Positions 19,231 to 28,552 are shown, counted from the first letter of the stretch. The stretch is DNA of 42,359 bases from Candidatus Parvarchaeota archaeon (GCA_023261805.1 JAGDXV010000022.1:1-42359), one strand, 5' to 3'. Program-made: numbers and translations. The notes: generated by a model from the letters alone, not told the origin.

Positions 19231-20250
19231 TTAGTTTGGTAGAAATTCTTTTCCAAGTTTTTCAAGCCAATCTCTTCTCTCAGCGAAATAATCTCTCGCC
19301 GATTTGAAAGTTTCTATAAGATAACTTGAAACGGCTCCCTTAATGTCATCCGGATGTATCTTTTTTTGTATAAACGCCTCTTCAAACGCGTTGTAATCCT
19401 CGAATTCAATTGTGCCTCCGTATTTCTCAGGCCTCTCTATCTTTATCCTTCCAGTGGCAGGGAAAATTACATACCTGACAATTTGAAGGATCATATTGTT
19501 TTCAACGATGCCCGCCGGGCAATAGGCGTTCTTTATCTTTCTCTTTATCGCCTCCTCACTGTCGTATATTTTGATGTGGCTTTCAGGTATGGATGAGCTC
19601 ATCTTTGTTCCGGGTCCATTCAGAGATGCTATCAATGGCGTCATCACCTCTATTCTTTTTCTGTAACCCAAAAGGGGGAGGTATTCCCTCGCATACATGA
19701 GAATATGTCTTTGATCGGTCCCGCCTAGCTGTATGTCGACATCAAGGTATTGCTCGTCCAATGCCTGCATTATCGGATATATCATCTCACTAACCTTTGG
19801 ATTTTTCATCCTTGTAACCTCAGATGCAGCTCTCATCGCCCTATCAATAGTCGTCTGTGTGGACAATTTAAGCACATCCAATACATATTCTCTCTTCAAT
19901 TGATAACTTGATCCGCGTATGAATTCAGGTTTCTTTATCCAAGGAAGCGCAAGTTCGATGCATCTCTGTGTGTATTCGCTTCTGGCATCAAGAGCCTCCC
20001 AGGGAGCTTTCAGATCATCAAGCGCTGCATGCACATCAGCTATAAGTATCTTTGTTTTTACCCCCGCCTTTTGGAAGTCCAGCAGTTTGCTCAAAGCAAC
20101 GATATGTCCTATATGTAATGGTCCAGTCGGTGCCCTACCTATATACATCGACAGATCCTTCTTTGTTTTCAATGCTTCTCTAAGTTCAGTCTCCTCAACT
20201 ATTTCGACCGTACCCCTCTTTATTAGGTTGAATCTCTCTTCGGCATCCAT
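19231..20250 (-). CDS. tyrS: Tyrosine--tRNA ligase (archaeal type)
   Basis: HIGH motif (PTGPLHIGH), YPIMQALD, GGTDQ, KMSSS, IHPDDIK. Confidence 0.95.
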   Translation of the reverse strand: MDAEERFNLIKRGTVEIVEETELREALKTKKDLSMYIGRAPTGPLHIGHIVALSKLLDFQKAGVKTKILIADVHAALDDLKAPWEALDARSEYTQRCIELALPWIKKPEFIRGSSYQLKREYVLDVLKLSTQTTIDRAMRAASEVTRMKNPKVSEMIYPIMQALDEQYLDVDIQLGGTDQRHILMYAREYLPLLGYRKRIEVMTPLIASLNGPGTKMSSSIPESHIKIYDSEEAIKRKIKNAYCPAGIVENNMILQIVRYVIFPATGRIKIERPEKYGGTIEFEDYNAFEEAFIQKKIHPDDIKGAVSSYLIETFKSARDYFAERRDWLEKLGKEFLPN

Positions 20251-20352
20251 GGATAATAGTTTGTTTCTATTGTTTTAATACCTTTGAGCAACCTTTTTCG
20301 CTGAAGTTCAAGATATGAAAAAGAATTAAACTCTGAGGGATGTCATATTTTT

Positions 20353-21516
20353 ATGAAATTCATACATACTGGAGATTCACATATAGGGGAAGTTTATAAG
20401 GACAGGCAAAGAAACGAGGACATAAAGGATGCATTCAGACAAGTCATAGATGCGGCCATAGATGAGAAGGCAGATTTCATCATTCACTCAGGCGATCTTT
20501 TTGATACAGGAGTCCCCTCCTTTCAGGACATGCTTTTTGTAACCGATCAATTGAAGCGGTTGAAGGAGAAAGGAATAAAGATGTTCATCGTCCCCGGATC
20601 CCATGATATAGGTCTTGGAGAAGAAACAAGCGTGATAGAACTTTTCGATAGGAACGATCTGCTGGTAAATCTGAATTCAAGCAGGTACATAAAGAAGGAA
20701 GAAGACAAGGTTCTATTGAAAGGAGAAGTCTACAAAAACGCCTTCATAGCGGGGATAAGGGGCAAGCGCAGCAGGGTTGAGGACGAGATATTTAAGAGAC
20801 TGAAAGTTGAGATGAGGGACGCATGGATAAAGATATTCGTCTTTCATCATACGATCTCAGCCTTAGGCGAGCCCTTCAGCGATCTTGATACAGATTCTCT
20901 TCCAAAGGGCTTCGATTATTATGCAGCTGGGCATTGGCACGGTCATAGGGACAATATACCTTATGGAAAAGGGATAATACAGTATCCGGGCTCAACTGAG
21001 TACTGTGATGAGAAGGAGATAGTTGATTACAAGAACAGAGGCTTTTATGTCATAGACTACAATGAAAAAGGAATAGGGAAGATATCCTACAGCATCCTCA
21101 AGACAAGGGAAAAGGAGATCCTGCATATAGATGCTAACGGGAAGACTGCACAGAAAGTAAGAGAAGAGATAGGGCAGAAAATAAGCGAGAACGATGGAAA
21201 GATCCTTGTCATAAGGATAGATGGAAAGCTGAACGATAAGCGGTCCTCCTTAGATATCGAGGGAATAAAACAGGATGCGAAATCGCTGGGCTATTCATAT
21301 GTCAGCGTAAATATCTCAAGGTTATCCGACAAATCTGAGGAAGAAGTGAAGGTTTCATCTGACAGCATAGAACAGATAGAGAAGGAATTCCTTGAGAAAA
21401 AGGGGTATTCAGACAAGGACATAGCTGTCGCGAAGCTCTTGATAGATGCAGCCGAAACTGGTCTCAGTATAGATGAAACAAGAAAGAAAACGGAGGAGCT
21501 CTATAAAGACTTATGA
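20353..21516 (+). CDS. mre11: DNA double-strand break repair nuclease Mre11
   Basis: DSHIG, HSGDLFD, PGSHD, GHWH and YPGSTE phosphoesterase motifs. ATGA overlap with rad50. Confidence 0.9.
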   Translation: MKFIHTGDSHIGEVYKDRQRNEDIKDAFRQVIDAAIDEKADFIIHSGDLFDTGVPSFQDMLFVTDQLKRLKEKGIKMFIVPGSHDIGLGEETSVIELFDRNDLLVNLNSSRYIKKEEDKVLLKGEVYKNAFIAGIRGKRSRVEDEIFKRLKVEMRDAWIKIFVFHHTISALGEPFSDLDTDSLPKGFDYYAAGHWHGHRDNIPYGKGIIQYPGSTEYCDEKEIVDYKNRGFYVIDYNEKGIGKISYSILKTREKEILHIDANGKTAQKVREEIGQKISENDGKILVIRIDGKLNDKRSSLDIEGIKQDAKSLGYSYVSVNISRLSDKSEEEVKVSSDSIEQIEKEFLEKKGYSDKDIAVAKLLIDAAETGLSIDETRKKTEELYKDL

Positions 21517-23915
21517 TAATAAGAGCCATAAGACTGAGGAATATAAGGAGTCACGTCTCATCCGAGATACCTTTCAAAGAAGGGATAAACGTCATAATCG
21601 GAAACACAGGCAGCGGTAAATCATCGATTCTGATGGGCATAGAATACGCACTTTTCGGCAAGATAGGGGAAGGAAGAGGGGAGGGAAAGATGCTGCTCAG
21701 GCACGGTTCAAGACAGGGAAGCGTTGAATTGGAAATACAGGAGGGAGATGATGTTTTCAAAATAAGGCGCGGTCTGAAGAGAACCTCAGAGGATGTGAGA
21801 AACGACGATGCGCAGAACTCTATATCAAAGAATGGAAAGGACGTTGACATACTTAACAGGGCGATGGATCTCAGCTTCTACATGAAAAATCTTTTTGGAA
21901 TTTCAACAGCATCACCAATAAAAGTCTTCGAGGCGATAACATACATAAAACAGGATGAGCTTAAAGAATTGATATTTGACACCGGGCAGGAGAAGCAAAC
22001 ATACATAGATGGGCTTCTCCAGGTCGACAGATACGCAAAAACATATGAATGGATGAGGGATCTTCTGTCGGCTATAAACAAAGATGTCGATGTTTACAGG
22101 GCTCAGCAGCAGTTGCTAATAGGGGAGGAAAAGGCTATAGAGCTCGAGGAGAAGATAGTTGATCTAAGAACAAGCATATCTTCACTTAAAGCAAGCGAGG
22201 AGGTTCTGGTCGGCAGCATAAGAGAGAAGGAGGAGTACACGAGTCAGCTTGAGAAAGATGTAAGTTCAGGGAGAGAATTGAGACTGAAGCACGAAAGCCT
22301 GGTGTCGAAGCTAAATGAGAAGAAAGAAGAGATAATTAGACTTAACAAGCAGGCTGAGGAGAATCTGAAGATAATAAAGGAGAAGGAGGCGGACGCTGGA
22401 AAGTATTCCGCCGAGAAAGAGAGGGAATTAACGGAAAAGGAGAGAGCACTCTCGGATAGGCTCTCATCAAAGAACATCGAGATGAATTCTCTTTATCATA
22501 TGATGTCTGATTTGGAGAGCAAGTACAACTCCTCCTCGAACAGGCTGGGACAGATAGAAAAGGAGCTGTCAGATCTAACTTTATCAAAAAATAAACTGAA
22601 AGAAAGGAAGGAAGTGATATTGAGGGAATTGCCAGCTGCTGAGAAGCGTCCGTCGGCGGATGAGATAGGTGGCAGGATAAAACAGATACAGGACGACATC
22701 AAGAAACTCGAGAAAGAGAAAGAGGATGCACTGATTTCAAAGACCTGTCCATATTGTGGAGCTCACTTCGAAGATCCATCTCATATCGCCTCGGAGTTTG
22801 GGAAGAGAATAGGAGAATACGAGGTTCTCTTAAAAGAGTATGAGGGGGCGAGAAAGACCGGCTTCGCCTCGGCAGAGACGATGAGAAAAGAGATGGAGGT
22901 GATAGATGAGAGGCTCGCAGAGATCGATTCAAGGGTCAGTCTTTTATTGATGGAAAAAGAAGGGATGGATCTGGATTCTTTATCGTCTTCATTGAAAAGA
23001 TCAAAAGAAGAATACGCTAAAGCCGTCAAGGAAACCTCCGAACTTAATTCTCAAAGGGAAGATATACTTAAAGAGCTGGATGAGATAGTCAAGTTCAGAG
23101 GGATAGCTGATGAGATAAAAGTCCTTCGAGCAAGGGTCGAGACACTTAATGAGAGCATCGTAAAGGCTGATGAAGAGATATACAAGGTTTCATCGGAATT
23201 GAATATGCTTCAATTCAACGCTGAAGATCTGGAGAGAAAAGAAAAAACACTTAAAGAGACGCAGGAGGAGTTGAACAGAGCGAAGGCGCAGATAACAACG
23301 ATCAAAAGGGAGATAGAACTGAAAGAGGAGACAATGAAAGAGTATGAGGATGAGATGAAAGAGATAAAGGAGCAGATGGAGAAGAAGGAAGAGATACAAA
23401 AGAAACTATCGCATGAGGAAAAGATTTTGGAAAGGCTCAATAATCTAAGGGAGGACATAAGAAGCATAAGAGAATATGTGAGAAATAAGTTTCTCAGTGA
23501 TTTCAGAAGCATATTTCGTGAGAGGTTCTATGAGATAAGAAGCGAGGCCGACTACGATGTAGATATAGACAACAATTACAACGTCGTTATATCGGCTTCG
23601 AATGAGATTTTCGAGTCCAGGACCCTTTCAGGAGGGGAAAAGACGTCAGTTGCACTGGCTTACAGGATCGCACTATCGGCGATAGTTTCAAGGCTGGGCG
23701 GAATCAGCAGAAACGAACTTCTGATAATGGATGAGCCGACATCAGGATTGGATAAAGAAGATGTGAACGCATTGGCCTCATCTATAACGAAAATAAGCGG
23801 CATAAATCAGATAATAATAGTCACGCACGATGATACACTTAAAGGGATAGCTGACAGGGTGATAAGCGTTGACAAGGTAGAGGGGAAAACAAACATCAGC
23901 GTCAGCGACTTCTAA
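21513..23915 (+). CDS. rad50: DNA double-strand break repair ATPase Rad50
   Basis: Walker A GNTGSGKSS, Q-loop YIKQDE, coiled coils with central CPYCG zinc hook, signature LSGGE, Walker B LIMDEPT. Confidence 0.92.
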   Translation: MIIRAIRLRNIRSHVSSEIPFKEGINVIIGNTGSGKSSILMGIEYALFGKIGEGRGEGKMLLRHGSRQGSVELEIQEGDDVFKIRRGLKRTSEDVRNDDAQNSISKNGKDVDILNRAMDLSFYMKNLFGISTASPIKVFEAITYIKQDELKELIFDTGQEKQTYIDGLLQVDRYAKTYEWMRDLLSAINKDVDVYRAQQQLLIGEEKAIELEEKIVDLRTSISSLKASEEVLVGSIREKEEYTSQLEKDVSSGRELRLKHESLVSKLNEKKEEIIRLNKQAEENLKIIKEKEADAGKYSAEKERELTEKERALSDRLSSKNIEMNSLYHMMSDLESKYNSSSNRLGQIEKELSDLTLSKNKLKERKEVILRELPAAEKRPSADEIGGRIKQIQDDIKKLEKEKEDALISKTCPYCGAHFEDPSHIASEFGKRIGEYEVLLKEYEGARKTGFASAETMRKEMEVIDERLAEIDSRVSLLLMEKEGMDLDSLSSSLKRSKEEYAKAVKETSELNSQREDILKELDEIVKFRGIADEIKVLRARVETLNESIVKADEEIYKVSSELNMLQFNAEDLERKEKTLKETQEELNRAKAQITTIKREIELKEETMKEYEDEMKEIKEQMEKKEEIQKKLSHEEKILERLNNLREDIRSIREYVRNKFLSDFRSIFRERFYEIRSEADYDVDIDNNYNVVISASNEIFESRTLSGGEKTSVALAYRIALSAIVSRLGGISRNELLIMDEPTSGLDKEDVNALASSITKISGINQIIIVTHDDTLKGIADRVISVDKVEGKTNISVSDF

Positions 23916-23946
23916 GAATTAATATTCAAAAATAGATATCTTAATT

Positions 23947-24213
23947 GGCAGGCTAACCGGGAAGTCAGTCCCTTCCTGTGAGCGCAAATGGACTTTAGGC
24001 GCGGTGACTACATCGGCGAGGGACAAGATCCTCTAATATGATGGCAAAGCTATCGATGAATGAGGGCCCTACAGGGATGGAGCCGTTAGAAACCCGGCCA
24101 GGTCCGGAAGGAAGCAACCGTAACTGATGGTTTCATCGCTTGTAGACACTCCTTCATGAGAGAATGTTGCCACCCTCTGTAGGGGTTATTGCCTCGAACC
24201 GATGGTGCCTGCC
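23947..24213 (+). ncRNA. ffs: Signal recognition particle (SRP) RNA, 267 nt
   Basis: Terminal helix GGCAGGC/GCCTGCC. Alu domain with TGTGA turn and complementary loops AGTCC/GGACT. Helix-8 SRP54-binding motif CCAGGTCCGGAAGGAAGCAA at 24098-24117. AT-rich TATA-like sequence upstream. Confidence 0.9.
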
Positions 24214-24263
24214 TTTCTGAGAGGACAGTAAAGATATTAATTGAAATAAGTAAATCAATTCTA

Positions 24264-24346
24264 GTCAGGGTACTCAAGTGGTTACGAGGCAGGCCTGCTA
24301 AGCCTGTTGGCGAAAGCCTGCGTGGGTTCGAATCCCACCCCTGACG
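24264..24346 (+). tRNA. tRNA-Ser(GCT)
   Basis: Acceptor GTCAGGG/CCCTGAC, anticodon arm CAGGC-CTGCTAA-GCCTG, long variable arm GGC-GAAA-GCC, T-arm GTGGG-TTCGAAT-CCCAC, discriminator G. Confidence 0.95.
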
Positions 24347-24415
24347 AGCTGTTTCATTTTCTGATGAAGTCCCTCCCTTCTAACGTTTATAAATGATGAT
24401 GATTTACTGAAAGCA

Positions 24416-24949
24416 ATGGGAAGCTTAAGGCCAGGAAGAACGTACAGGGATCTCAAGCAGCCTTACACGAGAAAGTCTAAATATAAGAGCAAGAGCTTCG
24501 TAAAGATCGCTCAACAGCCAAGGATAACGCAGTTTCATTCCGGCGGAAAGATGGCTGATTTTGATACTAAGGTAGTAGTCATCAGCAAACGAACACTCCA
24601 GATAAGAGACAATGCATTGGAAGCTGCAAGGATCGTCGCTAATAAGTACCTCACCGACAATCTCGGCGAAACAGGCTTTCACCTTTTCGTTGTCAAGTTC
24701 CCACACCAGGTTTTGAGGGAGCACAGGTTTGCGACGATAGCAGGTGCTGATAGGTTCTCCTCGGGTATGCAGAAATCCTTTGGTAAACCGATCGGTCTCG
24801 CGGCGAGGCTCTTTGCAGGGGATGAGATATTCGAGATCTTCCTAAACAAGGAGAACGTTAAGATCGGAAAGGAAACAGCCAAGAAGATAGGCAAGAAGCT
24901 CGGTTTTCCTGTCTTAGCGATAGTTTCACAGGCGCGCGTCAGCTCATGA
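24416..24949 (+). CDS. rpl10e: 50S ribosomal protein uL16 (L10e)
   Basis: RPGRTYR, QIRDNALEAARI, GADRFSSGMQKSFGKPIG. Confidence 0.95.
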   Translation: MGSLRPGRTYRDLKQPYTRKSKYKSKSFVKIAQQPRITQFHSGGKMADFDTKVVVISKRTLQIRDNALEAARIVANKYLTDNLGETGFHLFVVKFPHQVLREHRFATIAGADRFSSGMQKSFGKPIGLAARLFAGDEIFEIFLNKENVKIGKETAKKIGKKLGFPVLAIVSQARVSS

Positions 24950-25430
24950 GCTCTTCTTTGTCATTGAGATACCTAAATAGTACAAAAAACAGGGACGATA
25001 GTCTATTCATGTAAGAGAGGATCTCTTTATTTTTTGTGACGCTGACGGTGTGTCTTTCAGCTCTCCTACATACAGCCCTGCAGATGTTTATTATTGTCGA
25101 TTCAGTGTTTCCGTTCGGATAAACAAACTTGTGTATGTCCTTCACATTTAATGAGTATTCATCGATCTCTTTTTCAATTCTTTTTAGATTCTCCTGCAAG
25201 GAATCTTTTCTATACCCAGCCAGCTCAGAATTGATGATATATAGGTCCTTTTCGATGTTCTTCAATGTCTCCTTTACTTTCTCGTTCGACGTCAACGAAT
25301 AGGCGAGGCCGATGATTGAACTGAGCTCATCTATATCGCCTATTGCCTCGACAGCATTGGAATTTTTCTTGGTTCTTTTTCTAAACAGGTCGGTTTCACC
25401 GTTATCTCCCCTTCCTGTATAGTATTTCAT
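24939..25430 (-). CDS. pduO: ATP:cob(I)alamin adenosyltransferase, PduO type
   Basis: YTGRGDNGET, EAIGDIDELSS, RAVCRRAER, YMNRLSSLFF. Confidence 0.9.
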   Translation of the reverse strand: MKYYTGRGDNGETDLFRKRTKKNSNAVEAIGDIDELSSIIGLAYSLTSNEKVKETLKNIEKDLYIINSELAGYRKDSLQENLKRIEKEIDEYSLNVKDIHKFVYPNGNTESTIINICRAVCRRAERHTVSVTKNKEILSYMNRLSSLFFVLFRYLNDKEELMS

Positions 25431-25777
25431 TTTTTCTCCTCTTCAGTATCCTCAGTATTGTTTGTGAGGTAATATTTCACCTTTCTTCTGATCCCATCTA
25501 TATATACCCTGAACATGTCATATGAGAGATGATACAAAACAGTCTTTCCGCTTCTTTCCGATACAAGTATCTTATTGAACATCGGTGATATCAGCGTATA
25601 GAAATGTTTTTTTCCATTGGACGTGCTTATGTCTATCCCAAGAAAAGAGGCAAGCTCCTCCCTACTGACGGACTTTTTCTCCCTGAGAAAGTTTATCGTC
25701 TTTTCAGCTTCAGGATACAGTCTCACACTTTTTGGGTGAGTACCATATAAAATCTGGAGCAGTTCATCCATTGCCAT
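25427..25777 (-). CDS. Hypothetical protein, possible winged-helix DNA-binding protein
   Basis: Helix SVSREELASFLGI and wing-like VSERSGKTVLYHLS. ATGA overlap with pduO. Confidence 0.5.
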   Translation of the reverse strand: MAMDELLQILYGTHPKSVRLYPEAEKTINFLREKKSVSREELASFLGIDISTSNGKKHFYTLISPMFNKILVSERSGKTVLYHLSYDMFRVYIDGIRRKVKYYLTNNTEDTEEEKK

Positions 25778-25795
25778 TATCTATATTAATTGCTG

Positions 25796-25811
25796 AACCT
25801 TTTTAAATATC
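25796..25811. promoter_or_regulatory. Putative TATA box (TTTAAA) between divergent genes
   Basis: AACCTTTTTAAATATC lies about 23-25 nt from both the + ATG (25830) and the - ATG (25777). Confidence 0.5.
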
Positions 25812-25829
25812 TGCGCTCTTCTATAAGGA

Positions 25830-26042
25830 ATGCTTATAGGAAGGGATATTTTTGTCGTGGATAAAAATATTAAGGGAAAAGTGATCGATGAAACTAAGAA
25901 TACCCTTTTGCTCTCCACGGAGAAGGGAATAAAAAGGATATTAAAGGATAAAAGAAAGATTATTATATACTTAAAAGATAAAGAAATTAAAGTCCACGGG
26001 GAAGATATCCTGATGAGACCTTGGGAATATGCGATACGCTGA
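25830..26042 (+). CDS. rnp1: Ribonuclease P protein component 1 (Rpp29)
   Basis: LIG...GKVIDETKNTL...VHGEDILMRPWE, in its conserved position upstream of uS17. Confidence 0.85.
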   Translation: MLIGRDIFVVDKNIKGKVIDETKNTLLLSTEKGIKRILKDKRKIIIYLKDKEIKVHGEDILMRPWEYAIR

Positions 26043-26340
26043 TCTGGCTAAACCAGCCGTAGAATGCAAGGACAAGAACTGTCCGTATCATGGCACATTG
26101 AGAGTGCACGGTCTGCACTTTGAAGGCGTGGTGGTATCGAGCAGATCGCCGAGAACAGCTGTCGTCGCTTGGGAAAGGCACATGAAGCTAGAAAAGTACG
26201 CTATATACGTTAAGAAGAGAACAAAGGTCATAGTTCATAATCCTGACTGCATAGGTGCAAAGGAAGGAGACAAAGTAATAGTGTATGAGACTAGGCCTAT
26301 CAGCAGGTGGAAGAGGTTTGTGATCGTGAGGAAGTTGTGA
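26029..26340 (+). CDS. rps17: 30S ribosomal protein uS17
   Basis: CKDKNCPYHGTLRVHG, HNPDCI, ETRPISRWKRF. Confidence 0.95.
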   Translation: MRYADLAKPAVECKDKNCPYHGTLRVHGLHFEGVVVSSRSPRTAVVAWERHMKLEKYAIYVKKRTKVIVHNPDCIGAKEGDKVIVYETRPISRWKRFVIVRKL

Positions 26341-26341
26341 T

Positions 26342-26773
26342 ATGGGAACCGGTAGGAAGGGCGGAGGTTTGAAGCCCTTGAAGGCGCGTATTTCGAAGGG
26401 GATCAACGTAAGCAGTTATATCAATGTCGCTGATAACTCAGGAGGAAAAATAGCAAAGGTGATTAATGTTCGCGGTTATCACGGCGTCAAGAACAGACAG
26501 CCGAAATGCGGTGTCGGTGATACCGTCTTTGTGGTTATCAAACGCGGCGACACAGCCGTCGTTCATAAGGTTTTTCCAGCGGTGATAATAAGGCAGAGAA
26601 AGGCCTACAGGCGGTTGAACGGTGTGAGGATCTGTTTTGAAGACAATGCATGCGTTCTGATAAAGGACACGGTCAAGTATGAGCCGGTCGGGACGATAAT
26701 AAAGGGTCCACTGCCAAGGGAAATTTCGTTTAGATTTCCTAATATAACAAAGATAGCAAACAAGATCGTATGA
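26342..26773 (+). CDS. rpl14: 50S ribosomal protein uL14
   Basis: VADNSGGK, AVIIRQRK, FEDNACV, GTIIKGP. Confidence 0.95.
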   Translation: MGTGRKGGGLKPLKARISKGINVSSYINVADNSGGKIAKVINVRGYHGVKNRQPKCGVGDTVFVVIKRGDTAVVHKVFPAVIIRQRKAYRRLNGVRICFEDNACVLIKDTVKYEPVGTIIKGPLPREISFRFPNITKIANKIV

Positions 26774-27165
26774 AATCTCATTCATTCAGTGAACATTGGA
26801 ACTCGAGTAAAAATCCGTCAAAGCAGAGGAGATACAGGAAGAACGCCCCATTGCATATAAAGCACAGGTTGCTTTCAGCTCATCTCTCAAAAGAGTTGAG
26901 GAATACTTACAAGATAAGGTCTTTTCCTTTGAGAACAGGGGACACTGTGATGATAATGCGCGGAAAGTTCAAGGGAATGGAGGGAAAGGTTGAGAAAATA
27001 TATATGAAACAGTTAAAAGTTTCCGTGGATACAGCAAAGATAACAACAAAGAAAGGCACGAAAGTACCGCTGAAGATAAGGCCTTCGGCACTGCTGATAA
27101 AGGAATTGAATCTTTCGGACAACAGGAGGGCTAAGGCACTGGAGAAATATGGCAAGGCACGGTGA
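26770..27165 (+). CDS. rpl24: 50S ribosomal protein uL24
   Basis: SKNPSKQRR, APLH, KOW motif GDTVMIMRGKFKG. Confidence 0.95.
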   Translation: MKSHSFSEHWNSSKNPSKQRRYRKNAPLHIKHRLLSAHLSKELRNTYKIRSFPLRTGDTVMIMRGKFKGMEGKVEKIYMKQLKVSVDTAKITTKKGTKVPLKIRPSALLIKELNLSDNRRAKALEKYGKAR

Positions 27166-27805
27166 GTCGAAGCATTTTAAGCGATCAGTTGTGACAGGAG
27201 CAGTGAGCATACCGAGAAAAAGGTATAAGTATTATGTTAGGAATCTTCCGGGCAAACACGAGAACCAGTATGCGATCGCCCTTTTGGGTGTCATCAGGGA
27301 TGTTGGGAAATTCGCGCTTAATGCGAAAGAGGCAAGGTATCTGATAAATAACGGCTTCGTGAAGGTAGATGGAAAGACAGTGAGAGAGGAGCGCTACAAC
27401 CTAGGTTTCGGAGATATCCTGACGGTGAAGGAAGACAGCTTCATCCTTTGGTTTGGTCCGAGCGGTAAATTTATTCTCAAGCCTTATGACACGCCGGAAG
27501 TGAAATTAATGAAGGTTGTATCGATCTATAGTGGTAAGAAGGGAAAGAAGATACTTTTCACAAATGATGGGAGAAACATAATTTATGATGGAAGTATCAA
27601 GGCTGGTGATTCGATAAAGTACAATCTTAAGGAGAAAAAGGTCGTAGAGATCATACCTTTTGAGCAGGGGAGGGAGGCTGTGATATACCGCGGTAAGAAT
27701 CTCGGGAAATCTGGAAAAATAGAGGAGATCGTAGGCGACAATTCCCTTCTCTCTATCAATGGCGAGAAATTAACCGCACTTTCAGATGCATGCATGGTGT
27801 TATGA
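27149..27805 (+). CDS. rps4e: 30S ribosomal protein eS4
   Basis: KHFKR, PGKH, VKVDGK, DGRNI, GKNLGKSG and operon position. Confidence 0.92.
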   Translation: MARHGESKHFKRSVVTGAVSIPRKRYKYYVRNLPGKHENQYAIALLGVIRDVGKFALNAKEARYLINNGFVKVDGKTVREERYNLGFGDILTVKEDSFILWFGPSGKFILKPYDTPEVKLMKVVSIYSGKKGKKILFTNDGRNIIYDGSIKAGDSIKYNLKEKKVVEIIPFEQGREAVIYRGKNLGKSGKIEEIVGDNSLLSINGEKLTALSDACMVL

Positions 27806-28314
27806 ACATGGAAAATAAAATGAGGAACATCTCTGTTGAGAAGATTACGTTGAATGTCGGTGTTGGAGAGCCTGGGGAGAAGCTTGAAAGGGTCGTAACA
27901 TTGTTGAAGAACATCACTGGAAGCCAGCCGGTCAAAACCAAGGCGAAGAAAAGGATACCGGAGTGGGGATTGAGACCAGGTCTGGAGGTTGGCGTCAAAG
28001 TTACTCTGAGGGGAAAGAAAGCTGAAGAAATGCTTCAGAGGCTTTTCAAAGCCGTTGAGAACAAGATACCTGGCAATAAATTTGATGAACAGGGGAACTT
28101 TTCCTTCGGCGTGCCTGAATATGTTTATATTCCCGGCGTAAAATATGATTACACTGTCGGGATAATCGGCCTGTCTGTTGCAGTGACCCTCAAAAGACCG
28201 GGCTTCAGCATCTCAAAGCAGAGACAGAGAAGAAGCATCGGGAAAAAGCACATGATAACAAAGCAGGAGGCCATGGATTTTGTGAGGGAAAGATACAAGG
28301 TGGATGTCGTCTGA
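27802..28314 (+). CDS. rpl5: 50S ribosomal protein uL5
   Basis: EKITLNVGVGE, VKVTLRG, FDEQGNFSFGVPE. Start placed at the ATGA overlap with the eS4 stop. Confidence 0.95.
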   Translation: MNMENKMRNISVEKITLNVGVGEPGEKLERVVTLLKNITGSQPVKTKAKKRIPEWGLRPGLEVGVKVTLRGKKAEEMLQRLFKAVENKIPGNKFDEQGNFSFGVPEYVYIPGVKYDYTVGIIGLSVAVTLKRPGFSISKQRQRRSIGKKHMITKQEAMDFVRERYKVDVV

Positions 28315-28552
28315 TATGGAAAGTGCGTATGAAAGAATATTGAGAACATTAGAGAAGAAACCTGCGAAGAAGGCGAGGTTCATCAGATTCAACAGCAGGA
28401 AACAGAGGAAATATGGTATCGCTACGCACAGATGCGTAAGATGTGGAAGATTTGAGGCTCACATCAGCGTTCATGGACTTAATTACTGCAGGGAATGCTT
28501 CAGAGAGGTTTCAAAGGACCTCGGTTTCAAAAAATACGGGAAGGAGGTATGA
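28304..28552 (+). CDS. rps14: 30S ribosomal protein uS14 (zinc-binding type)
   Basis: CVRCG...CRECFRE...LGFKK. Confidence 0.92.
   Translation: MSSDMESAYERILRTLEKKPAKKARFIRFNSRKQRKYGIATHRCVRCGRFEAHISVHGLNYCRECFREVSKDLGFKKYGKEV

Noticed and set aside
21551-23512. Ser/Phe/Leu-rich minus-strand ORFs within rad50
   Set aside because: Reverse-complement artefact of Glu/Lys-rich coiled-coil codons.
24067-24076. CCC-TACA-GGG as a vestigial SRP helix 6
   Set aside because: Only 3 bp, and it competes with the longer CTACAGG/CTTGTAG pairing that continues helix 5. Kept only as a test case.
24086-24277. 63-aa minus-strand ORF
   Set aside because: Overlaps the SRP RNA and tRNA-Ser, which explain the sequence.
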